A stretch of DNA of 64,000 nt from an uncultured virus (IMG/VR IMGVR_UViG_3300044513_001424) (lineage: Duplodnaviria > Heunggongvirae > Uroviricota > Caudoviricetes): the IMG/VR virus record IMGVR_UViG_3300044513_001424; one strand, given 5' to 3'. The notes beneath the pieces are model-generated. The model was not told the DNA's origin, did not search any database, and saw nothing but the letters and a program-made list of their open reading frames with translations. The position numbers and the translations under genes were made by a program. This document shows, in pieces, positions 28,087-37,530 of the stretch; the stretch's first letter is position 1; each line of letters opens with the position of its first letter.

Positions 28087-29542
28087 TTTAGTTATCTCAA
28101 AGAAAAACGAAGTATACCTTAAAGTTCAAGCAGAACCATACGTCAATCAGGAACTATCAGATCATTTTACATTTGATGTTCCTGGTGCAAAATTTATGCC
28201 TCAATACAGAAGTAAGTATTGGGATGGAAAGATTCGCCTGTACTCAACTGCAACAGGTGAAATCTACGTAGGTCTCTTGGATAAGATTGTTGCATGGGCA
28301 AATAAATCTGGATACAGCGTTACCTTTGAGGATAACAAGTTCTACGGAACACCCTTTGAGCATAACGATATGATCTCCAAGGAAGGGGTCAGAGACTACA
28401 TGACATCCGTCTCTAGACATTCACCCCGAGACTATCAGGTGGAGGGGGTCTACGACGCTCTCAGGTACAACAGACGACTCTTAATATCACCAACAGCATC
28501 TGGCAAGTCACTGATGATTTATTCGATTGTCAGATACTTTACTGAACAGGATAAGAAGATTTTACTTGTCGTTCCAACGACCTCTCTTGTAGAACAAATG
28601 TTCAAAGACTTTGAGGACTATGGTTGGAATGCAGAGGAATACTGCCACAAAATTTATTCTGGTAGAGAAAGGACAAATAAGAATCCAGTAACAATTACAA
28701 CCTGGCAGTCAATCTATAAGTTGGATAAAAAGTTCTTCGATGGATTTGATGTCGTTATTGGGGACGAAGCACATCAGTTTAAGTCTAAGTCTCTCATTGG
28801 TATCATGACTAAGTTGAGAGATACAAAATATAGATATGGATTCACTGGAACTCTAGATGGATCACAAACACACAAGTGGGTTCTAGAAGGATTGTTTGGT
28901 CCAAGTTATAAGATTACACAAACAAAAGATCTTATTGACAAAGGACATCTTTCTAAGTTAGACATTCGAGTTCTTCTACTAAAGCATCCACCACAGAAGT
29001 TTGAGAAGTATGAGGATGAAATTCAATATCTAATCTCACACGAACAAAGAAATAATTTTATCAAGAACCTTGCTCTATCACTGAAAGGCAACACTCTAAT
29101 TTTGTACAGTAGAGTAGAAACCCACGGACAGGTCATTTATGATCTGATAAATAAATCTATCGACTCCAATAGGAAACTTTTCTATGTCCATGGTGGAGTA
29201 GATGCTGAAGAGCGAGAACTAGTTAGAGAAGTCACTGAAAAAGAAGAAGATGCTATTATTGTTGCATCATATGGAACATTCTCTACTGGTATTAATATCA
29301 AAAACTTACACAATGTAGTATTTGCTTCTCCCAGTAAGTCAAGGATTAGAAATCTACAATCAATAGGAAGAGTTCTACGAAAAGGAAATAATAAGTCAAA
29401 AGCAATGCTCTATGACATTGCCGATGATTGTACTCACAACTCCAAAAAGAACTACACTCTCAATCATTTAATTGAAAGGATCAAGGTATATAACGAAGAA
29501 AACTTTAACTACGAATTCAATCAAATCAAATTAAAAATCTAA
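28079..29542 (+). CDS. uvsW: SF2 helicase UvsW
   Basis: WDGKIRL, SPTASGKS, DEAH, TGT, QSIGRVLR; ATG 28079 preferred. Confidence 0.95.
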   Translation: MTDLVISKKNEVYLKVQAEPYVNQELSDHFTFDVPGAKFMPQYRSKYWDGKIRLYSTATGEIYVGLLDKIVAWANKSGYSVTFEDNKFYGTPFEHNDMISKEGVRDYMTSVSRHSPRDYQVEGVYDALRYNRRLLISPTASGKSLMIYSIVRYFTEQDKKILLVVPTTSLVEQMFKDFEDYGWNAEEYCHKIYSGRERTNKNPVTITTWQSIYKLDKKFFDGFDVVIGDEAHQFKSKSLIGIMTKLRDTKYRYGFTGTLDGSQTHKWVLEGLFGPSYKITQTKDLIDKGHLSKLDIRVLLLKHPPQKFEKYEDEIQYLISHEQRNNFIKNLALSLKGNTLILYSRVETHGQVIYDLINKSIDSNRKLFYVHGGVDAEERELVREVTEKEEDAIIVASYGTFSTGINIKNLHNVVFASPSKSRIRNLQSIGRVLRKGNNKSKAMLYDIADDCTHNSKKNYTLNHLIERIKVYNEENFNYEFNQIKLKI

Positions 29543-29940
29543 TGGAAGAAGAATTTTACGGATCAATAAAATTAATTTCTGGTGAAGAAATCTTCGCTGA
29601 GATTCTTCCAGTAGAAGAAAATGGTAGAACTGTTTTAGTTCTTAGCGATCCAGTTGAAATTGAAACAGTGTCTATGGGCACTATAGAAGGTTTGAGAATG
29701 ATTCCTTGGATTAGATGTCTCTCTAAAGAAGGCATCATCATTGTTCCCATGGATAAAGTTATTACTGTTGTAGAAGCTTCTGAAGAATCTGAAGTAGTTG
29801 ATTCTTACATGAAGTTTGTAAGAAAAAAAAACACCTCGTCCGAAGAAGGAAAGGTGTCCGAAAGAATGGGGTACAAAACTTCTGTTAAAGAAGCAAGAGC
29901 TTACTTAGAAAAGATCTATAAAAGCAAAGCTAAAGAGTAA
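29542..29940 (+). CDS. Conserved hypothetical protein (Sm-like fold candidate)
   Basis: IKLISGEEIFA...PW pattern; syntenic between uvsW and gp55. Confidence 0.7.
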   Translation: MEEEFYGSIKLISGEEIFAEILPVEENGRTVLVLSDPVEIETVSMGTIEGLRMIPWIRCLSKEGIIIVPMDKVITVVEASEESEVVDSYMKFVRKKNTSSEEGKVSERMGYKTSVKEARAYLEKIYKSKAKE

Positions 29941-29963
29941 TTGTTTTGAACTCTGACAGAGTT

Positions 29964-29992
29964 ATTATATGAGCTTTGGACAGCCGTGTCAA
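29964..29992 (-). promoter_or_regulatory. Perfect sigma70 promoter on minus strand
   Basis: Reverse complement reads TTGACA-17 nt-TATAAT. Confidence 0.75.
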
Positions 29993-29993
29993 G

Positions 29994-30022
29994 TTGCAAA
30001 TAAAATGTTTATGTGTTAGTAT
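29994..30022 (+). promoter_or_regulatory. Possible sigma70-type promoter for gp55
   Basis: TTGCAA-17 nt-TAGTAT upstream of the gp55 RBS. Confidence 0.45.
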
Positions 30023-30042
30023 TGTAACCAACAGGAACAATA

Positions 30043-30540
30043 ATGAGGACTTATGGTATGCCACCAGGAAAGACTAGAAAAAGATCTGAACATTATGTAA
30101 ACAACAAAGAATTTTTGTATGCGATTGTTCAGTACAAAAAGGACGTAGAGGCAGCAGAAGCGGCAGGTGAACCTAAACCAAGGATTAGTAACTACCTTGG
30201 AGAGTGTTTCCTGAAGATTGCTACTCACCTTTCTTACAAACCAAACTTTGTCAACTACATGTTCCGTGAGGACATGATCTGTGACGGTATTGAGAACTGC
30301 GTACAATACATTCATAACTTCAATCCAGAGAAATCTACCAATCCATTTGCTTACTTTACGCAAATTATTCACTATGCTTTCCTCCGTCGTATTCAGAAGG
30401 AGAAAAAGCAAATGGAAATCAGAACCAAGATTATTGAAAAGTCTGGTTACGATGAAGTTTTCACTGTAGATGATGACTACGGTAACGCATTCGAGTATAA
30501 TGGCATCAAAGATGCAGTCCAGTCTAAAATGAATCAATAA
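30043..30540 (+). CDS. gp55: Late-transcription sigma factor
   Basis: HYVNNKEF, IATHLSYKPNF, NPFAYFTQIIHYAFLRRI. Confidence 0.95.
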   Translation: MRTYGMPPGKTRKRSEHYVNNKEFLYAIVQYKKDVEAAEAAGEPKPRISNYLGECFLKIATHLSYKPNFVNYMFREDMICDGIENCVQYIHNFNPEKSTNPFAYFTQIIHYAFLRRIQKEKKQMEIRTKIIEKSGYDEVFTVDDDYGNAFEYNGIKDAVQSKMNQ

Positions 30541-31583
30541 TGAAGATTGCGATTATTACTGATACTCACTATGGTGGACGCCGTGGGAGTAAGTTTTTTC
30601 ATGACTACTTTCAACAATTCTATGATAATGTTTTCTTCCCCACTCTAGAGGAGCGAGGAATCAAGCATTGTGTCCATATGGGAGATGCGTTTGATAATCG
30701 CAAGAGCATTGACTACTGGTCTCTTGATTGGGCAAAGAAACATGTTTACGATCGGTTCAGAGATCTAGATGTAAAGGTCTGGCAACTGGTTGGTAACCAC
30801 GATGCTTATTATAAGAATACTAATGAAGTAAACTCTATTGATTGTCTTCTCGATTACTACGACAATATTGTTCCTATTTCTAGTCCTGGTGATCACGACA
30901 TCGATGGATTTAAAGCATTCATGATCCCTTGGATCTGTGCAGACAATCAAGAAGAAACGGAAACTAAAATAAAAAAGTCAAAGTCCAAGATTGCTTTTGG
31001 TCATCTTGAGATTCACGGATTTGCATTGTATCCTGGTTACACACAACCTGGCGGTATTGATAAGTCCTTCTTTGATAAGTTCAATCTAGTATTCTCTGGT
31101 CATTATCATACTCGTAGTAACGATGGTCAGATTTATTATCTGGGCAATCCTTATCAGTTGTATTGGAATGACTGTAATGACAAGAGAGGATTCAGTATCT
31201 TTGATACGGAAACCTATGAACTAGAGTTCATTGAGAATCCTTACACAATGTTCGACAAGATCTATTATGAGGATACTCCACATCAGTTGTTCAAAGCACA
31301 TCTCTATGAGGGTAAGATTGTTAAACTGATTGTTCGTAAGAAGTCCGATCAACTCAAGTATGATAAGTTTGTAGAAAAACTTCTTCTCTCCAATGTTGCT
31401 GAACTGAAGATCGTTGAGAACCTAGAAGTCAATGACTCTGAGGTCGATTTCACTGGAGAGAAAATTGAGGATACGTTAACACTTTTGGATAAATACATCG
31501 AAGACTCTGATTTCGAACTAGAAAAAGACAGGGTAAAACAACTTCTTCGAGAAGTTTATCAGGAAGCGTGCGAAATGGAGTAG
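30540..31583 (+). CDS. gp47: Recombination endonuclease subunit (Mre11/SbcD-like)
   Basis: TDTHYG, GDAFD, GNHD, GHLE, SGHYH. Confidence 0.95.
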   Translation: MKIAIITDTHYGGRRGSKFFHDYFQQFYDNVFFPTLEERGIKHCVHMGDAFDNRKSIDYWSLDWAKKHVYDRFRDLDVKVWQLVGNHDAYYKNTNEVNSIDCLLDYYDNIVPISSPGDHDIDGFKAFMIPWICADNQEETETKIKKSKSKIAFGHLEIHGFALYPGYTQPGGIDKSFFDKFNLVFSGHYHTRSNDGQIYYLGNPYQLYWNDCNDKRGFSIFDTETYELEFIENPYTMFDKIYYEDTPHQLFKAHLYEGKIVKLIVRKKSDQLKYDKFVEKLLLSNVAELKIVENLEVNDSEVDFTGEKIEDTLTLLDKYIEDSDFELEKDRVKQLLREVYQEACEME

Positions 31584-31585
31584 GT

Positions 31586-31858
31586 ATGTATATCTTATCT
31601 CTAGAAGGAAAAGAAGGCGAAGGAGCCTATGCTTTGGAAGACGATAATGGAGATAAGGCATTATACTTATTCGAAGATGAGGACGATGCTTCAAGATACG
31701 CAGGGTTACTCGAAGCGGATGATTATTTTAATTTAAATGTTGTAGAGATTGACGACGAACTTGCAATTGAGACATGTAACAGGTATAATTACAAGTATGT
31801 GATTATATCTACTGACGATATAGTGTTCCCACCATATGATTATATTCAAGAAGATTAG
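31586..31858 (+). CDS. Conserved hypothetical protein
   Basis: LYLFEDEDDASRY; lies between gp47 and gp46. Confidence 0.65.
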   Translation: MYILSLEGKEGEGAYALEDDNGDKALYLFEDEDDASRYAGLLEADDYFNLNVVEIDDELAIETCNRYNYKYVIISTDDIVFPPYDYIQED

Positions 31859-33554
31859 ATGGCGTAATTTCCTTTCCACGGGAAATACATTTACCGAAAT
31901 TGATATTACCAAATCAAATACTAATCTGATCGTTGGATCTAATGGTGCTGGAAAGTCAACCATCCTAGATGCTCTGACGTTTGTTCTTTACAACAAACCT
32001 TTCAGAAAGATTAGTAAGACTCAATTGGTAAACAGTGTCAATGAGAAAGACTGTTTGGTTGAGATTGAATTTGATATCTCGAACAAAGAATACAAGGTAG
32101 TCCGTGGCATCAAACCCAACAGGTTTGAAATCCATATCAATGGAAAACTCCAAGATCAGTCTTCTGCAGCGACAGATCAACAGAAGTCTCTTGAAGAAAA
32201 TATCCTAAAGTTAAACTATAAGTCTTTTACTCAGACGGTTATCCTAGGTTCTGCAACGTTCGTTCCGTTCATGCAACTGTCTGCTGCTAATCGTAGAGAC
32301 ATTGTTGAGGATTTTTTGGATATCCGTATCTTCTCTGGTATGGGATCTATTCTAAAGGAACGAATTAGAAGCACTAACGAAATCATCAGAGAACTTTCCA
32401 TCAAGAGAGACATGGTGGAAGAAAAGATTGAGATGCAGAAACAATTCATCGACAATCTTGATAAGAAAGGTAAGGCAAATATTGCATCGAAAGAGTCTAA
32501 GGTATCCGAACTATTGAATCTTGCTGATGAATTGGTGAGTATAAATACTCAACTTTCCAAAAAGATTGTAGAAGAGTATCAACCGCAACTTGAATCCTTC
32601 AGTTCCTCTTCTGCCTCGTTGAAAAAGATGAATTCTATCAAGGCAAAACTGGAACAAAAGATACAAACCATCACGAACGAACATAAATTTTTTAACGATA
32701 ATACGGTTTGCCCTACTTGTGACCAGGCAATCGAAGAAGAGTTTCGTGTAAATAGAATTGGAGAGATTGAGTTTAAAGTAAAAGAAATTAATTCGGCATA
32801 CAAAGAACTTAAGTCTTCTATAACCGAAGAACAGGAAAAAGAGACTAAGTTTCTGCAGCTCTCTAAGCAGATCACGTCCCTCAACTATGACATTTCAACA
32901 AACAATACAAAGATTACTGAGTACCAACGACAATCCAGAGATCTGGAGATTGAAATTCAAGAAATTACCTCACAGATTGAAAATAGAAATGCTGAGAGAA
33001 GCGTACTCAAGGAGTTAGAGGGGAATCTAAAAACGGTAGAAAAACAGAAGTCAACTAATACTGAGAACATTTCATATCTAAACTTCGCACATTCTTTGAT
33101 GAAGGATAGTGGTGTGAAGTCCAAGATCATCAAAAGATATTTGCCTGTGATGAATCAATACATCAACAAGTATCTTCAGATGATGGACTTCTATATTAAC
33201 TTTACTCTTGACGAAGAGTTTAAAGAGCATGTGAAGTCCCCTATTCATGAGAACTTTAGTTATGAGTCCTTCTCTGAAGGCGAGAAGATGAGGATTGACC
33301 TTGCTCTTCTATTCACTTGGAGAGATATCTCTAAGATGAAGAACTCTGCATCAACTAATCTTCTTATTCTTGATGAGATTTTTGATAGTTCTCTGGACGG
33401 CACAGGAACTGATGAGTTTACTAAGATAATTAGATATGCAATCAAAGGTGCAAACATCTTCTTGATCTCACACAATACTCAGGAACTCACTGATAAATTT
33501 GAGAATATTATTTCTTTCGAGAAGGTGAACGGGTTCAGCAAGATATCCAATTGA
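31836..33554 (+). CDS. gp46: Recombination ATPase (Rad50/SbcC-like)
   Basis: GSNGAGKS, CPTC hook, FSEGEK, LILDE. Confidence 0.96.
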   Translation: MIIFKKIRWRNFLSTGNTFTEIDITKSNTNLIVGSNGAGKSTILDALTFVLYNKPFRKISKTQLVNSVNEKDCLVEIEFDISNKEYKVVRGIKPNRFEIHINGKLQDQSSAATDQQKSLEENILKLNYKSFTQTVILGSATFVPFMQLSAANRRDIVEDFLDIRIFSGMGSILKERIRSTNEIIRELSIKRDMVEEKIEMQKQFIDNLDKKGKANIASKESKVSELLNLADELVSINTQLSKKIVEEYQPQLESFSSSSASLKKMNSIKAKLEQKIQTITNEHKFFNDNTVCPTCDQAIEEEFRVNRIGEIEFKVKEINSAYKELKSSITEEQEKETKFLQLSKQITSLNYDISTNNTKITEYQRQSRDLEIEIQEITSQIENRNAERSVLKELEGNLKTVEKQKSTNTENISYLNFAHSLMKDSGVKSKIIKRYLPVMNQYINKYLQMMDFYINFTLDEEFKEHVKSPIHENFSYESFSEGEKMRIDLALLFTWRDISKMKNSASTNLLILDEIFDSSLDGTGTDEFTKIIRYAIKGANIFLISHNTQELTDKFENIISFEKVNGFSKISN

Positions 33555-33612
33555 CAAACTGTCCTAACGTGGGGTTCTGTCCCCTTCTTTGTGGGTTATA
33601 CTAGTTTCATAC
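33549..33612 (+). promoter_or_regulatory. Early-type promoter with upstream AAACTG box
   Basis: AAACTGTCC, GC hairpin, TATACT -10 at 33597, CATAC; same spacing as the 35765-35829 copy. Confidence 0.6.
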
Positions 33613-33624
33613 GAAACGAGGCTA

Positions 33625-35763
33625 ATGGTCAACTACGAAGTAAAGGGTCAACTGGCTAAACTTCTTGCCACCGAAGACCTTACTATCGAGAACCGTAGTG
33701 TCCCTACGGCGCAGTTTGACGTGCATCGCAGGGTTCTTACCCTTCCCCTCTGGGAGCGCGCTTCTGGGACCGTATACGACCTTCTGGTGGGTCATGAGGT
33801 TGGACATGCTCTGTTCACTCCAGATATTAACTGGAAGAAAACTCACCCAGAAGTTCCTCAGAATTTTGTCAATATCTTTGAAGACGTTCGTGTCGAACGT
33901 AAGATGAAGCAAAAGTTTGCAGGACTTTCAAAGACTTTCTACAACGGATACAACGAGCTTTCTCAGGAAGACTTCTTTGGTATTGAAGATGAAGAGATCG
34001 ATCTCCTGTCACTAGTTGATCGTATCAATCTCCATTACAAGATCGGCAACTTTGTTTCCATCCCCTTCTCTGATGAGGAGATGGTTTATGTTAAGAAAGC
34101 CCAGGTATGTGAGTCTTTCAATCAGGTTCTTGATCTCTCTCAAGAAGTCTATGATTACCTGAAGAATCAAGCTGAAGAGGTGGAAGTTCCCTCCACTCCA
34201 GAGAAAGAGCAAGCAAAACCAAATAACAATTCACAGGAAGGATCCTCCGATAAAGTTGATTTTTCTGAAAATGATCAAGGCTCTTCCAAACCACAACAGT
34301 CTGGAGACAGTGAGGTTTCTTCAAAGACCAGTGAAAATCCTGTGGGTGGTGATACCTTTGAGACTATCACTGACAAGAATCTTGAGGAATCCATTGAAGA
34401 TCTAAACAACGAAGATAATCTCGGCAAACGTGAACCCGAGTATATTGAAATTCCTGACATTGATCTCAATAATATTGTCGCTAAGAATGCGGATATTCAT
34501 GAATATCTGACTGAATACTATAAGAATGTTGTCAAGATTTTTTCTGACGTAGAAAATGGTGATCAAGTTTTTGATTACGTAGATACTAGTTACGCAAAAT
34601 TCAAGAAAAATGCACAAAGAGAAGTCGGATACCTCGTCAAGGAGTTTGAGTGTAGAAAGTCTGCTAGTGCTTATGCTCGTTCTTCTGTATCTCGGACTGG
34701 AGTCCTTGACTGTTCTAAACTCCATACTTACAAATACAATGAAGACCTGTTCAAAAAGGTCACCACTGTAGCCGACGGTAAGAATCATGGACTTGTTTTT
34801 GTCCTTGATTGGTCTGGGTCGATGTCTGATGTTCTTCTGGATACCATCAAGCAACTTTATAACTTGATTTGGTTCTGTCGAAAGGTGAGTATTCCTTTTG
34901 ATGTCTATGCTTTTACTAATGAGTGGAAGCCTCGCAACTATGATGACTCTCTTCCCTATCCTGGCGAACGAGTGTGTGGTGAATTTTATGTTGATCCTAC
35001 TTTTAGTATGATGAATATTCTTACTAGTGATGTTCGCGGTAACGTTCTTGAGATGCAGATGAAGAATCTGTATCGACTTGCTTCTTCCATGGATCATAGG
35101 GAACGGTATCGTTGTGCTTTCCAGTATCCCTCTCACCTCTCTTTGTCGGGAACTCCTTTGAATGAAGCCGTTCTTTCTCTGAACAAAATTATCCCAGAGT
35201 TCAAGAAAAAGACTGGTGTTGAAAAAGTACAAACCATTGTCCTAACAGACGGTGAAGCCTGCATTACAAAGTTCAATAAAGAAATTCCTTGTCGTCGTAA
35301 TGACGAAGAGTCCTACATGGGTGTTCGTAGTTGCCATGGTGGATGGCACTATATCCGAGATAGGAAAACTGGACTTATTGTCAAGATCAAACAAGACTTT
35401 CAAGGTGTTACTCAAGCACTTCTGACTCAAGTTCGTTCTAGGTTCCCGAATACAAATTTTATCGGTATTCGTATCCTTGCTTCTCGTGATGCTAATAGTT
35501 TTATCCGCCGATATTGTGAATTTGATTCTTCAGTCGCAGATAAAATTATTGAGTATTATAAGAAGAACAAGTCTTTTATTATCCCCGAGGTCGGATACAA
35601 TGCATACTTCGGTCTTTCTAGCAGTGCTCTATCGAATGATTCTGAGTTTGAAGTGAAAGAAGATGCAACAAAAGCCCAGATTCGATCTGCTTTCAGGAAG
35701 TCTCTCTCCAGTAAGAAAATGAACAAAAAAGTTCTTGGTGAATTCGTCCAACTCATCGCATAA
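33625..35763 (+). CDS. HExxH metallopeptidase-like / vWA (CobT-like) protein
   Basis: HEVGHAL, EDVRVE, DWSGSM MIDAS, GTPL, LTDGE; precedes the AAA ATPase; ATG 33625 preferred. Confidence 0.82.
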   Translation: MVNYEVKGQLAKLLATEDLTIENRSVPTAQFDVHRRVLTLPLWERASGTVYDLLVGHEVGHALFTPDINWKKTHPEVPQNFVNIFEDVRVERKMKQKFAGLSKTFYNGYNELSQEDFFGIEDEEIDLLSLVDRINLHYKIGNFVSIPFSDEEMVYVKKAQVCESFNQVLDLSQEVYDYLKNQAEEVEVPSTPEKEQAKPNNNSQEGSSDKVDFSENDQGSSKPQQSGDSEVSSKTSENPVGGDTFETITDKNLEESIEDLNNEDNLGKREPEYIEIPDIDLNNIVAKNADIHEYLTEYYKNVVKIFSDVENGDQVFDYVDTSYAKFKKNAQREVGYLVKEFECRKSASAYARSSVSRTGVLDCSKLHTYKYNEDLFKKVTTVADGKNHGLVFVLDWSGSMSDVLLDTIKQLYNLIWFCRKVSIPFDVYAFTNEWKPRNYDDSLPYPGERVCGEFYVDPTFSMMNILTSDVRGNVLEMQMKNLYRLASSMDHRERYRCAFQYPSHLSLSGTPLNEAVLSLNKIIPEFKKKTGVEKVQTIVLTDGEACITKFNKEIPCRRNDEESYMGVRSCHGGWHYIRDRKTGLIVKIKQDFQGVTQALLTQVRSRFPNTNFIGIRILASRDANSFIRRYCEFDSSVADKIIEYYKKNKSFIIPEVGYNAYFGLSSSALSNDSEFEVKEDATKAQIRSAFRKSLSSKKMNKKVLGEFVQLIA

Positions 35764-35764
35764 T

Positions 35765-35829
35765 CAGTTTTGAAACTGGCACAAACCCCCATTGCCTAGG
35801 GGGTTTTACCTATTATAATGTATACATAC
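35765..35829 (+). promoter_or_regulatory. Early-type promoter with upstream CAGTTT-N2-AAACTG box
   Basis: AAACTGGCAC, GC hairpin, TATAAT at 35814, CATAC. Confidence 0.65.
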
Positions 35830-35843
35830 CAATGAGGTTACAA

Positions 35844-36956
35844 ATGACCGCCCGCGTGAACGCAGATTCCCTGATCAATTCTCTCCGTGATCTTTACGGA
35901 AATACTATCTCGGCTGCAGATGTTCGTGCATACTGCGCTTCTACTGGTGTTTCTTATCCCACGGTGACCAACAAACTCGATAACTACAAGACTGGTCGTG
36001 GCAAGTGGAACCTGACGGTTCGAGAGGCTCGTCAACAACTTGAAACTGCAGTGGTTGCGCCTGCAGTTGTTCCTCCTATTGAACAAAATCTTATCCCCGC
36101 AAAAGATGATTCCTTCGTCAAGTTTGGTAATTTCAACGATCTACGCAAGATTATTCAGTCGCGACTGTTCTATCCGACGTTCATTACGGGTCTGTCTGGT
36201 AATGGTAAAACGTTTTCGGTCGAACAAGCCTGTGCTCAGTTGGGTCGGGAACTGATTCGGGTAAACATTACTATTGAAACTGATGAGGATGATCTTATTG
36301 GCGGTTTCCGTCTTGTTAATGGTGAAACCGTCTGGCACAATGGCCCAGTCATTGAAGCCCTCCAACGAGGTGCTATCCTGCTCCTTGACGAAATCGACCT
36401 TGCCTCAAACAAAATTCTCTGCCTTCAGTCAATTCTTGAAGGGAAAGGAGTTTTCCTCAAGAAAATTGGCCAGTGGGTTGCGCCAGCAAACGGTTTCAAC
36501 GTATTCGCAACCGCCAACACTAAAGGAAAAGGTAGTGATGACGGACGATTCATTGGAACTAACGTGCTCAATGAAGCCTTCCTTGAGCGATTCCCCGTGA
36601 CCTTTGAACAGGAGTATCCCACTCCTGCCACGGAGGCAAAGATTCTTAGTAAGATTTGTGATGATGACAACTTTGTTTCTCGTCTATGTGACTGGGCAGA
36701 CATCATCCGAAAGACTTTCTATGATGGTGGTGTTGAAGAGATTATCTCTACCCGTCGTCTGGTACACATTGCTCATGCATATCGTATCTTTGAGGACAAA
36801 GCAAAAGCCATTCAAGTTTGTCTGAATCGTTTTGATGACGAAACCAAACAGTCCTTTATGGAACTGTATGACAAGGTTGACGCTGACGTAAATTTTGGAG
36901 AAGACAATGGACCTGTGGAAAAACTGGAAGAAGGTACTGTGGGAAACCTTCCCTGA
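35844..36956 (+). CDS. cobS: CobS-like MoxR AAA+ ATPase
   Basis: GLSGNGKT, LLLDEID, ATANTKGKG, NEAFLERF, ISTRRL. Confidence 0.9.
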   Translation: MTARVNADSLINSLRDLYGNTISAADVRAYCASTGVSYPTVTNKLDNYKTGRGKWNLTVREARQQLETAVVAPAVVPPIEQNLIPAKDDSFVKFGNFNDLRKIIQSRLFYPTFITGLSGNGKTFSVEQACAQLGRELIRVNITIETDEDDLIGGFRLVNGETVWHNGPVIEALQRGAILLLDEIDLASNKILCLQSILEGKGVFLKKIGQWVAPANGFNVFATANTKGKGSDDGRFIGTNVLNEAFLERFPVTFEQEYPTPATEAKILSKICDDDNFVSRLCDWADIIRKTFYDGGVEEIISTRRLVHIAHAYRIFEDKAKAIQVCLNRFDDETKQSFMELYDKVDADVNFGEDNGPVEKLEEGTVGNLP

Positions 36957-37530
36957 TCTCGAAAACATTGCAGACTGGGCCGAGTGGGAGGGCAAAGGCA
37001 CCTCCCTCCGTGCCAAGATCTACAATAACGAGTACATCGCCAAATCACGGGAGGTCAACATCTGGAACGAAAAGTCTTGCATCTACAATAACATCATATA
37101 TCCAAAGACAGGTGAAAATCTACCCTGTTTCGGTATGGATCTGATGGGGTTCTTTGAGAAGAAGGTCATCATCGTTTTCGACTTCCAACATCCCGTAGAG
37201 AACTATCTGTTCTCCCATCCCGATCTTCCTAAGGCAGATGGTACATTCAGGTTCTTTGAACCAGGAAATCATTTCTCAGAAAACATCTACGTTGCTAAAT
37301 GTACGATGTCTGAGGTTGATGATCACCTTGACATGTTCAGGAAATACTTGACTGCCTACAAGGAAATGTTAGAATGTAAGAAACCAAGTGGGCTTGAAAT
37401 GTCCTCAACTTATTCTGACTTTGACAAGTACATGAGGAAACTAGATCCTGTTAGTGGATACCTTGCCAATCAATTTGGCGAGGAAAAGGCCGAATCACTT
37501 GTAAACGATTTCCTTTTCTCATATGGTTAA
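36907..37530 (+). CDS. pebS: Phycoerythrobilin synthase (ferredoxin-dependent bilin reductase)
   Basis: YPKTGENLPCFGMDLM, VIIVFDFQHP, RFFE.GNHFS, LDPV.GY, VNDFLFSY match cyanophage PebS as recalled. Confidence 0.88.
   Translation: MDLWKNWKKVLWETFPDLENIADWAEWEGKGTSLRAKIYNNEYIAKSREVNIWNEKSCIYNNIIYPKTGENLPCFGMDLMGFFEKKVIIVFDFQHPVENYLFSHPDLPKADGTFRFFEPGNHFSENIYVAKCTMSEVDDHLDMFRKYLTAYKEMLECKKPSGLEMSSTYSDFDKYMRKLDPVSGYLANQFGEEKAESLVNDFLFSYG

Noticed and set aside
30016..30537. 173-aa antisense ORF over gp55
   Set aside because: Lies upstream of the minus-strand promoter at 29964-29992, so that promoter cannot drive it; shadow of gp55
34402..35232. 276-aa antisense ORF inside the vWA gene
   Set aside because: Shadow ORF with no recognisable motifs or expression signals
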